A stretch of 64,000 bases of DNA from the human T2T-CHM13v2.0 reference genome, Homo sapiens. Where the stretch lies: NCBI RefSeq assembly GCF_009914755.1, contig NC_060948.1; one strand, given 5' to 3'. A model generated the notes under the pieces. That model was not told the origin of the DNA. It saw only the letters and a list, made by a program, of their open reading frames with translations, and did not search any database. The position numbers and the translations under genes were made by a program. Below, one piece after another: positions 30,593 to 44,143 of this stretch. Position 1 is the stretch's first letter, and each line of letters opens with the position of its first letter.

Positions 30593-32904
30593 GTAATGTA
30601 AGAAGGAGTAAAATTATTTGCTTTCAGGTATTATTGAGGCCTTTAACTTGTTTATACAAATTTCCGGAATAGTTGGTCATTTTAAACTAGTGAAGTGTAC
30701 CTAAAATTTAAGGAAACACTTAGAATTAGTGTAGAAGGAAGACCTCTGTCTTATTGAGAAGTAATGAAGTCGAATTTTGACAGGAATATACTTGGGAATA
30801 ACTTTCCTGTAGAACAGATTTCTGAGATTTGGTGTCCCATTCTTCATTTCTGGATGTAGTTTTCATCTTTACTGTCAAATAACTGAATGAAACATCCAAA
30901 CTGACTTTCATGAATTTTCTTAGGGAGATAGAGTGAAATAAAATTATGACCCACTTTGCAGAGCACAGAATTCCAACTATATTTTCATTTTAGCTGGCTG
31001 TTTCACGATAGCAATTCTCTGGGTCTCTTTTCACAGATACAAGTACATCTATGCCCAATAATTATATCTATGGTAATAAACTGAAAGAGCTAGTATCTTT
31101 GAGGTTTCCACATTGCCAACTCCCGAAAATGTGGAGAAGGGTGAAGTTTCTAATATAAAAGTAACAAGAATGTCATGGAGTAGAAACATAAAGTACTCAA
31201 GTTTTCCTTTCTGTTACTTGTATTATAATAAAAAAGGAGACAGCAGGATAAGTGCTTCAATATTGTGTTTCTCATGTGTTTTTGAAAATGTGTAGGAATA
31301 TTTTAATAGTTTTGGTTTCCTTTTTTTTTTTTTTTTAAGATGCCACCATAGGGGCCTGTTGGGGAGCAAAGGGATTATGTTTTCCTTGATGTTAAGTGAA
31401 TTAGCCAAACATAGACTTCCTGTTCATTCTTGGTTTTTTTCCACGTCGTATATGCCTATTACTATTTTTAAGTGATTTTTATATCAATGTTTTAGTTTAT
31501 TTTTTTACTTTCTTGTTAACCCGATTATAAACTCCCATGGGAGCAACAGTGCCTTTTTTGCCCTGAGGTTTTTATTTGCTTAAGCAATGGCAGGTCCACT
31601 TAATGATAGACCATATCATCAAAGAAAGGTAGTATTCATGTGGCTTTTGAATTAGCATGCATCTGCGTAGATTCTGCCTCTGGCTTTACCAGCAACAGAA
31701 AATTTGTAGAACAGAGACAGAAATGCTTTGCTGTTAATTGCGCTTAAATAAGAATAGGAGTAAACGAGAGTATTACCTCCAAAGCACCAGAGCTGCTTTC
31801 CTCCTTATAACCAGTTCCTAAAGTGAATGAAAGCAGCTCTCCTTATGTGTCTGCCTACTTCATTCTTCGGTAAGTTTAACAGTTCATCTAGCTACCCTTT
31901 ATTTGAAATGATTTCCAGATGCCTCCTCATATAAATTGCTGACTTCTGGATATATTCTGGTTCGGGAATGGGTAGATTTCTGATGTGGTTTAGTAGGTAT
32001 ATAAATCCCGTGAGCTTCTTGCATCTAATTTCTCTGATCCTGCTTACACTGATATTTAAAGTAGGTTTTGACATACTCCATCACTTAATGTTGATAAAGG
32101 ACGTTTATATTCTTCTTAGTTCGTTTTATTTATGTGTTAGCTTTAAAGACATTTTCTGTGACGGAAAGTGAAGTAACAAAATAATAGTCGAATAGTTCTG
32201 CCGTGTCTCTAATTTGTTGATATTTTCCATGTACTTGAAACATGTATGGTACACCTCTTCTTTTTCCTTCTCTGAACAATGGCTAGAAAAAAAACCCTAC
32301 TTCTTTCTGTCATTTACTGTGAGGCATTACTGAATCTGGGTGTATTCATGTATGCTGCTACCTGTATGTTTTCAAACAATAAGAATTTATTGAAACATAT
32401 AAGACATTATACTTTCTCTTCTCCAGTATTGGATTATAGACTGCACTTAGTTTTCCGGAATGAAGTACAGACAAAGCCATAACGCGTGTACAACTACACA
32501 TTGTCCTATAATATTGTCTGATAAAAAACAGTGTAGAAATATTCTGACAGGGAAATAGCAAATGTATTAATTTAACTTACCTTGCAATCTCTCTTAATGG
32601 AGCCTTATCACCAGTGTAAGAAATAACGTCTGGGTGTGAATACGTACACAGTATAAGGTAAACTTTGGTGAAGTCGTCAATTCTTTTGTCATTTCTTCCC
32701 CCTTCACAGCCAAAGTGTAGCACTTGACATGGAATCTTTCTTTCTTCATAAATCAGTCATTCATTTGGAATTCTGCATTGTTGTATGTAGAAAAACGATA
32801 TTTTCCCTTCTGTAATATTGTTGTTATATTGGGAATTATATTTCTTTGTAATTTTAAAAAGTGGTTTACCATATTCATTTTTTTCTGCCAACCTTTCTTT
32901 TCAG

Positions 32905-32976
32905 GCATTTCCTGCTTATCCAAGTTCACCATTTCAGGTCACCACTGGATATCAGTTGCCTGTATATAATTATCAG
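32905..32976 (+). CDS. DAZ: DAZ exon 7, repeat 10 (F3)
   Basis: Identical to F1, +2384 bp from F2. Confidence 0.94.
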
Positions 32977-35289
32977 GTAATGTAAGAAGGAGTAAAATTA
33001 TTTGCTTTCAGGTATTATTGAGGCCTTTAACTTGTTTATACAAATTTCCGGAATAGTTGGTCATTTTAAACTAGTGAAGTGTACCTAAAATTTAAGGAAA
33101 CACTTAGAATTAGTGTAGAATGAAGACCTCTGTCTTATTGAGAAGTAATGAAGTCGAATTTTGACAGGAATATACTTGGGAATAACTTTCCTGTAGAACA
33201 GATTTCTGAGATTTGGTGTCCCATTCTTCATTTCTGGATGTAGTTTTCATCTTTACTGTCAAATAACTGAATGAAACATCCAAACTGACTTTCATGAATT
33301 TTCTTAGGGAGATAGAGTGAAATAAAATTATGACCCACTTTGCAGAGCACAGAATTCCAACTATATTTTCATTTTAGCTGGCTGTTTCACGATAGCAATT
33401 CTCTGGGTCTCTTTTCACAGATACAAGTACATCTATGCCCAATAATTATATCTATGGTAATAAACTGAAAGAGCTAGTATCTTTGAGGTTTCCACATTGC
33501 CAACTCCCGAAAATGTGGAGAAGGGTGAAGTTTCTAATATAAAAGTAACAAGAATGTCATGGAGTAGAAACATAAAGTACTCAAGTTTTCCTTTCTGTTA
33601 CTTGTATTATAATAAAAAAGGAGACAGCAGGATAAGTGCTTCAATATTGTGTTTCTCATGTGTTTTTGAAAATGTGTAGGAATATTTTAATAGTTTTGGT
33701 TTCCTTTTTTTTTTTTTTTTTAAGATGCCACCATAGGGGCCTGTTGGGGAGCAAAGGGATTATGTTTTCCTTGATGTTAAGTGAATTAGCCAAACATAGA
33801 CTTCCTGTTCATTCTTGGTTTTTTTCCACGTCGTATATGCCTATTACTATTTTTAAGTGGTTTTTATATCAATGTTTTAGTTTATTTTTTTACTTTCTTG
33901 TTAACCCGATTATAAACTCCCATGGGAGCAACAGTGCCTTTTTTGCCCTGAGGTTTTTATTTGCTTAAGCAATGGCAGGTCCACTTAATGATAGACCATA
34001 TCATCAAAGAAAGGTAGTATTCATGTGGCTTTTGAATTAGCATGCATCTGCGTAGATTCTGCCTCTGGCTTTACCAGCAACAGAAAATTTGTAGAACAGA
34101 GACAGAAATGCTTTGCTGTTAATTGCGCTTAAATAAGAATAGGAGTAAACGAGAGTATTACCTCCAAAGCACCAGAGCTGCTTTCCTCCTTATAACCAGT
34201 TCCTAAAGTGAATGAAAGCAGCTCTCCTTATGTGTCTGCCTACTTCATTCTTCGGTAAGTTTAACAGTTCATCTAGCTACCCTTTATTTGAAATGATTTC
34301 CAGATGCCTCCTCATATAAATTGCTGACTTCTGGATATATTCTGGTTCGGGAATGGGTAGATTTCTGATGTGGTTTAGTAGGTATATAAATCCCGTGAGC
34401 TTCTTGCATCTAATTTCTCTGATCCTGCTTACACTGATATTTAAAGTAGGTTTTGACATACTCCATCACTTAATGTTGATAAAGGACGTTTATATTCTTC
34501 TTAGTTCGTTTTATTTATGTGTTAGCTTTAAAGACATTTTCTGTGACGGAAAGTGAAGTAACAAAATAATAGTCGAATAGTTCTGCCGTGTCTCTAATTT
34601 GTTGATATTTTCCATGTACTTGAAACATGTATGGTACACCTCTTCTTTTTCCTTCTCTGAACAATGGCTAGAAAAAAAACCCTACTTCTTTCTGTCATTT
34701 ACTGTGAGGCATTACTGAATCTGGGTGTATTCATGTATGCTGCTACCTGTATGTTTTCAAACAATAAGAATTTATTGAAACATATAAGACATTATACTTT
34801 CTCTTCTCCAGTATTGGATTATAGACTGCACTTAGTTTTCCGGAATGAAGTACAGACAAAGCCATAACGCGTGTACAACTACACATTGTCCTATAATATT
34901 GTCTGATAAAAAACAGTGTAGAAATATTCTGACAGGGAAATAGCAAATGTATTAATTTAACTTACCTTGCAATCTCTCTTAATGGAGCCTTATCACCAGT
35001 GTAAGAAATAACGTCTGGGTGTGAATACGTACACAGTATAAGGTAAACTTTGGTGAAGTCGTCAATTCTTTTGTCATTTCTTCCCCCTTCACAGCCAAAG
35101 TGTAGCACTTGACATGGAATCTTTCTTTCTTCATAAATCAGTCATTCATTTGGAATTCTGCATTGTTGTATGTAGAAAAACGATATTTTCCCTTCTGTAA
35201 TATTGTTGTTATATTGGGAATTATATTTCTTTGTAATTTTAAAAAGTGGTTTACCATATTCATTTTTTTCTGCCAACCTTTCTTTTCAG

Positions 35290-35361
35290 GCATTTCCTGC
35301 TTATCCAAGTTCACCATTTCAGGTCACCACTGGATATCAGTTGCCTGTATATAATTATCAG
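35290..35361 (+). CDS. DAZ: DAZ exon 7, repeat 11 (F4)
   Basis: Identical to F1, +2385 bp from F3. Confidence 0.94.
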
Positions 35362-37673
35362 GTAATGTAAGAAGGAGTAAAATTATTTGCTTTCAGGTAT
35401 TATTGAGGCCTTTAACTTGTTTATACAAATTTCCGGAATAGTTGGTCATTTTAAACTAGTGAAGTGTACCTAAAATTTAAGGAAACACTTAGAATTAGTG
35501 TAGAATGAAGACCTCTGTCTTATTGAGAAGTAATGAAGTCGAATTTTGACAGGAATATACTTGGGAATAACTTTCCTGTAGAACAGATTTCTGAGATTTG
35601 GTGTCCCATTCTTCATTTCTGGATGTAGTTTTCATCTTTACTGTCAAATAACTGAATGAAACATCCAAACTGACTTTCATGAATTTTCTTAGGGAGATAG
35701 AGTGAAATAAAATTATGACCCACTTTTCAGAGCACAGAATTCCAACTATATTTTCATTTTAGCTGGCTGTTTCACGATAGCAATTCTCTGGGTCTCTTTT
35801 CACAGATACAAGTACATCTATGCCCAATAATTATATCTATGGTAATAAACTGAAAGAGCTAGTATCTTTGAGGTTTCCACATTGCCAACTCCCGAAAATG
35901 TGGAGAAGGGTGAAGTTTCTAATATAAAAGTAACAAGAATGTCATGGACTAGAAACATAAAGTACTCAAGTTTTCCTTTCTGTTACTTGTATTATAATAA
36001 AAAAGGAGACAGCAGGATAAGTGCTTCAATATTGTGTTTCTCATGTGTTTTTGAAAATGTGTAGGAATATTTTAATAGTTTTGGTTTCCTTTTTTTTTTT
36101 TTTTTAAGATGCCACCATAGGGGCCTGTTGGGGAGCAAAGGGATTATGTTTTCCTTGATGTTAAGTGAATTAGCCAAACATAGACTTCCTGTTCATTCTT
36201 GGTTTTTTTCCACGTCGTATATGCCTATTACTATTTTTAAGTGATTTTTATATCAATGTTTTAGTTTATTTTTTTACTTTCTTGTTAACCCGATTATAAA
36301 CTCCCATGGGAGCAACAGTGCCTTTTTTGCCCTGAGGTTTTTATTTGCTTAAGCAATGGCAGGTCCACTTAATGATAGACCATATCATCAAAGAAAGGTA
36401 GTATTCATGTGGCTTTTGAATTAGCATGCATCTGCGTAGATTCTGCCTCTGGCTTTACCAGCAACAGAAAATTTGTAGAACAGAGACAGAAATGCTTTGC
36501 TGTTAATTGCGCTTAAATAAGAATAGGAGTAAACGAGAGTATTACCTCCAAAGCACCAGAGCTGCTTTCCTCCTTATAACCAGTTCCTAAAGTGAATGAA
36601 AGCAGCTCTCCTTATGTGTCTGCCTACTTCATTCTTCGGTAAGTTTAACAGTTCATCTAGCTACCCTTTATTTGAAATGATTTCCAGATGCCTCCTCATA
36701 TAAATTGCTGACTTCTGGATATATTCTGGTTCGGGAATGGGTAGATTTCTGATGTGGTTTAGTAGGTATATAAATCCCGTGAGCTTCTTGCATCTAATTT
36801 CTCTGATCCTGCTTACACTGATATTTAAAGTAGGTTTTGACATACTCCATCACTTAATGTTGATAAAGGACGTTTATATTCTTCTTAGTTCGTTTTATTT
36901 ATGTGTTAGCTTTAAAGACATTTTCTGTGACGGAAAGTGAAGTAACAAAATAATAGTCGAATAGTTCTGCCGTGTCTCTAATTTGTTGATATTTTCCATG
37001 TACTTGAAACATGTATGGTACACCTCTTCTTTTTCCTTCTCTGAACAATGGCTAGAAAAAAAACCCTACTTCTTTCTGTCATTTACTGTGAGGCATTACT
37101 GAATCTGGGTGTATTCATGTATGCTGCTACCTGTATGTTTTCAAACAATAAGAATTTATTGAAACATATAAGACATTATACTTTCTCTTCTCCAGTATTG
37201 GATTATAGACTGCACTTAGTTTTCCGGAATGAAGTACAGACAAAGCCATAACGCGTGTACAACTACACATTGTCCTATAATATTGTCTGATAAAAAACAG
37301 TGTAGAAATATTCTGACAGGGAAATAGCAAATGTATTAATTTAACTTACCTTGCAATCTCTCTTAATGGAGCCTTATCACCAGTGTAAGAAATAACGTCT
37401 GGGTGTGAATACGTACACAGTATAAGGTAAACTTTGGTGAAGTCGTCAATTCTTTTGTCATTTCTTCCCCCTTCACAGCCAAAGTGTAGCACTTGACATG
37501 GAATCTTTCTTTCTTCATAAATCAGTCATTCATTTGGAATTCTGCATTGTTGTATGTAGAAAAACGATATTTTCCCTTCTGTAATATTGTTGTTATATTG
37601 GGAATTATATTTCTTTGTAATTTTAAAAAGTGGTTTACCATATTCATTTTTTTCTGCCAACCTTTCTTTTCAG

Positions 37674-37745
37674 GCATTTCCTGCTTATCCAAGTTCACCA
37701 TTTCAGGTCACCACTGGATATCAGTTGCCTGTATATAATTATCAG
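37674..37745 (+). CDS. DAZ: DAZ exon 7, repeat 12 (F5)
   Basis: Identical to F1, +2384 bp from F4. Confidence 0.94.
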
Positions 37746-40058
37746 GTAATGTAAGAAGGAGTAAAATTATTTGCTTTCAGGTATTATTGAGGCCTTTAAC
37801 TTGTTTATACAAATTTCCGGAATAGTTGGTCATTTTAAACTAGTGAAGTGTACCTAAAATTTAAGGAAACACTTAGAATTAGTGTAGAATGAAGACCTCT
37901 GTCTTATTGAGAAGTAATGAAGTCGAATTTTGACAGGAATATACTTGGGAATAACTTTCCTGTAGAACAGATTTCTGAGATTTGGTGTCCCATTCTTCAT
38001 TTCTGGATGTAGTTTTCATCTTTACTGTCAAATAACTGAATGAAACATCCAAACTGACTTTCATGAATTTTCTTAGGGAGATAGAGTGAAATAAAATTAT
38101 GACCCACTTTGCAGAGCACAGAATTCCAACTATATTTTCATTTTAGCTGGCTGTTTCACGATAGCAATTCTCTGGGTCTCTTTTCACAGATACAAGTACA
38201 TCTATGCCCAATAATTATATCTATGGTAATAAACTGAAAGAGCTAGTATCTTTGAGGTTTCCACATTGCCAACTCCCGAAAATGTGGAGAAGGGTGAAGT
38301 TTCTAATATAAAAGTAACAAGAATGTCATGGACTAGAAACATAAAGTACTCAAGTTTTCCTTTCTGTTACTTGTATTATAATAAAAAAGGAGACAGCAGG
38401 ATAAGTGCTTCAATATTGTGTTTCTCATGTGTTTTTGAAAATGTGTAGGAATATTTTAATAGTTTTGGTTTCCTTTTTTTTTTTTTTTTTAAGATGCCAC
38501 CATAGGGGCCTGTTGGGGAGCAAAGGGATTATGTTTTCCTTGATGTTAAGTGAATTAGCCAAACATAGACTTCCTGTTCATTCTTGGTTTTTTTCCACGT
38601 CGTATATGCCTATTACTATTTTTAAGTGATTTTTATATCAATGTTTTAGTTTATTTTTTTACTTTCTTGTTAACCCGATTATAAACTCCCATGGGAGCAA
38701 CAGTGCCTTTTTTGCCCTGAGGTTTTTATTTGCTTAAGCAATGGCAGGTCCACTTAATGATAGACCATATCATCAAAGAAAGGTAGTATTCATGTGGCTT
38801 TTGAATTAGCATGCATCTGCGTAGATTCTGCCTCTGGCTTTACCAGCAACAGAAAATTTGTAGAACAGAGACAGAAATGCTTTGCTGTTAATTGCGCCTA
38901 AATAAGAATAGGAGTAAACGAGAGTATTACCTCCAAAGCACCAGAGCTGCTTTCCTCCTTATAACCAGTTCCTAAAGTGAATGAAAGCAGCTCTCCTTAT
39001 GTGTCTGCCTACTTCATTCTTCGGTAAGTTTAACAGTTCATCTAGCTACCCTTTATTTGAAATGATTTCCAGATGCCTCCTCATATAAATTGCTGACTTC
39101 TGGATATATTCTGGTTCGGGAATGGGTAGATTTCTGATGTGGTTTAGTAGGTATATAAATCCCGTGAGCTTCTTGCATCTAATTTCTCTGATCCTGCTTA
39201 CACTGATATTTAAAGTAGGTTTTGACATACTCCATCACTTAATGTTGATAAAGGACGTTTATATTCTTCTTAGTTCGTTTTATTTATGTGTTAGCTTTAA
39301 AGACATTTTCTTTGACGGAAAATGAAGTAACAAAATAATAGTCCAATAGTTCTGCAGTGTCTCTAATTTGTTGATGTTTTCCATGTACTTGAAACATGTG
39401 TGGTATACCTCTTCTTTTTCCTTCTCTGAACAATGGCTGGAAAAAAAGCCCTACTTGTTTCTGTCATTTACTGTGCGGCATTACTGAATCAGGGCATATT
39501 CATGTGTGCTGCTACCTGTATGTTTTCAAACAATAAGAATTCATTGAAACATATAAGACATTATACTTTCTCTTCTCCAGTATTGGATTATAGACTGCAC
39601 TTAGTTTTTTGGAATGAAGTACAAACATAGCACTAATATCTATAGAACTACATATTACCCTTTAATATTGTCTGATACAAAACAGTCTAGAAATATTCTG
39701 ACATTGAAATAGCAAATGTATAAATTTAACTTACATTGCAATCTGTCTTAATGGAGCCTTATCACCGGTGTAAGAAAGAATTTCTGGGTGTGAATAAGTA
39801 CACAGTATAAGGTAAACTTTGGTGAAATAGTCAATTCTTTTGTCATTTGTTCCCCCTTCACACCCAAAGTGTGGCACATGACATAGACTATTTCTTTCTT
39901 CATAAAGTCAGTCATTCATTTAGAATTCTGCATTGTTGTATGTAGAAAAATGATATTTTAACGTTTTTAATATTTTTGTTACATTGGGAATGATATTTCT
40001 TTCTAATTTTAAAAAATGGTTTACCATATTCTTTTTTTTCTGCCACCTTTCTTTTCAG

Positions 40059-40130
40059 GCATTTCCTGCTTATCCAAATTCAGCAGTTCAGGTCACCACT
40101 GGATATCAGTTCCATGTATACAATTACCAG
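40059..40130 (+). CDS. DAZ: DAZ exon 7, repeat 13 (Z): AFPAYPNSAVQVTTGYQFHVYNYQ
   Basis: 72 nt, cag|GCA...CAG|gtaatg. Confidence 0.95.
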
Positions 40131-40874
40131 GTAATGTAAGAAGGAATGAAATGATTTGCTTTCAGGTATTATTGAGGCCTTTAACTTGTTTATACAAATT
40201 TCCTGAATAGTTGGTCATTTTAAACTAGTGAAGTGTACCTAATATTTAAGGAAACACTTAGAATTAGTGTAGAATGAAGACCTCTGTCTGATTTAGAAGT
40301 AATGAGGTAATATTTTGACAGGAATGTACTTGGCAATAACTTTTCTGTAGAACAGTTTTCTGAGATTTGACCCTTCTATATTTCAGGATATAGTTTTCAT
40401 CTTTGCTGTCAAATAGCTGAATGAAACCTCCAGGATGACTTTCATGAATTTTTTAGGGATATAGAGTAAATAAAATTATTACCCAATTCTTAGAGCACAT
40501 AATTCAAATTATAGTTTCATTTAGTAGGCTGTTTCCCGACAATTGTTGTCTGGTTCTCTTTTCATAGTAGAGAGGACTCTATCTATGACCAATAATCATA
40601 TGTAGCATAATAAGTTCAAAGTAGTAACATCTTTGAGATTTCCACAATGCCAAATCCAAAAATTGGGGAAAAGGTGTGGTTTCGTATTTGTATGTGGAAG
40701 TAACAACAAGAATGTCAGGAATTAGAACCATAAAGTACTTCTTTTTTCCATTGTCTTTCTTTTATTATAATAACAAAGGAGCCAGCATAGGTACTTCAAT
40801 ATTTTATATATCATTTGTTTTTGAAAATGTTTATGAATATTTGAATAATTTTGTTTTCCTATTTTTTTTTTAAG

Positions 40875-40909
40875 ATGCCACCGCAGTGCCCTGTTGGGGA
40901 GCAAAGGAG
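40875..40909 (+). CDS. DAZ: DAZ exon 8 (35 nt): MPPQCPVGEQR(R)
   Basis: taag|ATGCCACCG...GGAG|gtaggt; joins the 45483 exon to give the known DAZ C-terminus. Confidence 0.93.
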
Positions 40910-42474
40910 GTAGGTTGTACCTCTGGTAAAGTGAATTAGCCTACCATGTACTTCTGTTCTTTCTGGATTATTTTCCATATCATTTATGCCTTATAAATAT
41001 TTTAAATGATTCTTTATATTAATGTGTTACATTTTGTTACTTTCTTTTTAACCCAGTTACAATCTCCCATGGGTGCAACAGTGCCTTTTTCTCTCTCAGG
41101 TTTTTGTGTGCTTAAGGAGTGGCTGGTCCACATAATAAGTGTTCAGTTACTTGTTGATAGACTGTGTAATCTAAGAAAGATAGTATTAATGTCACTTTAG
41201 AATTAGCATGTATCTGCGTAGGGTCTGCCTCTGGTTTTACCAGCCACAAAAAATTTGTTGAAGAGAAACAGAAATGTTTTGCTGTTAATTACTCTTAAAT
41301 AAGAATAGGAATAAAAAAAGAGTATTACCTCTAAAATACCTGAACTTCTTTCCCCCATTATACCTAGTTCTGAAAACATTTGAAAGCAGCTGTTCTAATG
41401 TTTCTGCCTAGTTTATTCTTTAAGGATAGCGATTAATCTAGCTCTTCTTTACTTGCAATGATTTCCAGTTGACTCCTCATATAAACTGCTGACTTCGGGA
41501 TATATTCTCGGTCTGGAATGTATAGATTTCTGACCTATTTTACTGTACCTATAAATCCTGTGAATTTCTGGCATGTAATTTCTCTGATCCTGATTACTTT
41601 GATATTTAAAGTAGGATTTGACATACTCTATCACTTATTGGTGATAAATAACGTCTGTTTTCTTCTTAGTCCATTTTATTTATGTGTTAGTTTAAAAGAC
41701 ATTTTCTTTGATGGAAAATAAAGTAACAAAATAGTAGTGAAATAGTTCTTCAGTGTCTCTCATTTATTGACATTTTCTGTGTACTTGAAATGTGTAGGAT
41801 ATACCTCTTCTTCTTTTTTCTTCTCTGAACAATGGCTAGAGACAAAGCCCTACTTGTTTCTAACATTTACGGTGAGCCATTACTGAATTTGGGTGTATTC
41901 ATGTATGCTGCTTCCTATATGTTTTCAAACAATAAGTATTTATCGAAACATATAAGACATCGTACTGTCCTTCTCCAGTTTTGGATTGTACACTGCCCTT
42001 AGTTTTTCGAAATGAAGTACAGAAAAAAAACATAACATCTGTAGGAGAACTACATATTACCCTGTAATATTGTCAAACACAAAACTATCTGGAAGTATAT
42101 TGACAAAGAAATAGCAAATGTATTAACTTAACTTACATTGAGATCTGTCTTAATGGAGCCTTACCAGCAGTGTAAGAAACAACTTCTGGGTGGGCATAAG
42201 TACACAGTGTCAGTAAGGTGAACTTTGCCTGGTGAAATAGTCACTACTTTGTCATTTGTGTGTTCCCCCGCCCCACCCAAAGGGGCTTAGCACTTGACAG
42301 AGAATATTTATTTCTTCCTGAAGTCATTCATTCATTTAGAATTCTGCATTGTTTTATATAGAAAATTAATAAATATTTTAAAGTTTTTCATTTTTTTTAT
42401 TTTGGGAATAATATTTTTTTCTAATTTAAAAAGATGTTTTACCATATTCATTCTTTCTGTAAACTTACTTTCAG

Positions 42475-42546
42475 ACATATCCTACTTATCCAAATTCACC
42501 AGGTCAGGTCACCACTGGGTGTCAGTTGCCTGTATGTAATTATCAG
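42475..42546 (+). other. 14th exon-7 copy downstream of exon 8 (TYPTYPNSPGQVTTGCQLPVCNYQ); pseudo- or alternative exon
   Basis: tttcag|ACA...CAG|gtaatt; both splice sites intact and no stop in either relevant frame. Confidence 0.85.
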
Positions 42547-43242
42547 GTAATTGAAGAGGGAGTAAAATGATTTGTTTTCAGATATTATTGAAGCCTTTAA
42601 CTTGTTTATATGAATTTCCCAAATAGTGTGTCATTTTAAACTAGTGAAATGTACCTAAAATTTAGGAAAACACTTGCAATGGTCTAGAATGAAGCCCTCT
42701 GTATTATTTAGAAGTAATGAATTAACATTTTGACAGGGATATACTTAGCAATAACTTTTCTGTAAAACAGTTTTCTGAGATTCGTTGTCCCCTTCTATAT
42801 TTCAGCGTGTATTTTTTCATCTTTTTCATCTTTTTATCATCCCATTCTTAGAGCACAGAATTCCAATTATATTTTTATTTTAAGCTTGCTGCTTCATGAT
42901 AGTAGTTCTCTGGGCCTCTTTTCATAGATATGACTACATCTGTGACCCATAATCATATCTATGGTGATAAGTAATAAATTGAAAAAACTAGTATCCTTGA
43001 GATTTCCACAATGCCAACTCCAGAAAATTGGGAAAATGGCGAGGTTTTATGTATAAAAGTAACAAGAACATCAGGGATTAGAAACATAAAGTACTTCTTT
43101 TTTTTTTTTTACTCTGTTTCTTTCACTTTAATAACAAATGAGCCAGCATGATAAGTGCTTCAATATTGTGTATCTCATGAGTTTTTGAAAATGTGTAGGA
43201 ATATTTTAATAGTTTTGGTTTCCTTCTTTTTATTTTTTTAAG

Positions 43243-43285
43243 GTGCTACCGCAGTGGCCTGTTGGGGAGCAAAAGGGGTTATGGA
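43243..43285 (+). pseudogene. Exon-8-like copy of the last unit (VLPQWPVGEQKG...), 8 nt shorter than the 51-nt form
   Basis: ttaag|GTGCTACCGCAGTGG...TGGA|gtaaag; 43 nt, frame-shifting. Confidence 0.75.
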
Positions 43286-44029
43286 GTAAAGTGAATTAGT
43301 GAAACGTATACTTCCTCATCTTTCTTGACTTTTTTCTATGCCATATATGCCTGTAGATATTTTTAAATGGTTCTTTATATTAATGTTTTATGTTTTGTTA
43401 CTTTATTTTTAACCCAATTATAAACTCCCATGGGAGCAACAGTGCCTTTTTGTCTCTCACATTTTTGTGTGCTGAAACAGTGGCTGGTCCACATAATGAT
43501 AAGTGTTCAGTTACTTGTTGATAGATTATATAATCCAGGAATGGCGGTATTAACTGGCTTTAGAATTAGCATGTATCTGCCTAGAATATGCCTCTGGCTT
43601 TACTAGCCATAAAACATTTGTTGAGGAGAAACCGAAATGTTTTGCTATTAATTACTCTTAAAGAGGAATAGGAATAAAACAAGAGTATTACCTCTAATAC
43701 AACAGAGCTGCTGTCTTACATCACGATTGGATATTTGAAGGATATAGTAAGTGTTAAAATTCTCAAACACTCCCTTAACTACATTTGTTTCTTAGAATCC
43801 TTCTACCTCTGATTATGTTGATACCTGGAAGACGTTTTAAAACAAAAGGCTGCCTTAATGCATTTCAACTTTTCGTTTAAAACAAGGTTTCTGAAGTAAC
43901 ACAATTGAATTTCAACACAACCTACATTGAAACTTTTGATACCAGCTCACCTTTTTGAGGAATAAATAAGTAGCTTTTAAACGTATCTGTATTATCTGTT
44001 TAATTACACTTTCATTATTTTAAATATAG

Positions 44030-44143
44030 GCTTATTCAGCTCTTAACTGTCACTGTAGTGAAGTTGATACAGGAGGTGATGTTGTGCTAAATGAATGCTC
44101 AATTCATGAAGCTACCCCACCCTCTGGAAATGGCCCACAAAAG
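44030..44143 (+). pseudogene. Relic of DAZL exon 9: AYSALNCHCSEVDTGGDVVLNECSIHEATPPSGNGPQK
   Basis: 114 nt, atatag|GCT...AAG|gcaaac; resembles DAZL AYSAVNYHCNEVDPGAEVVPNECSVHEATPPSGNGPQK (recalled); donor is GC. Confidence 0.88.
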
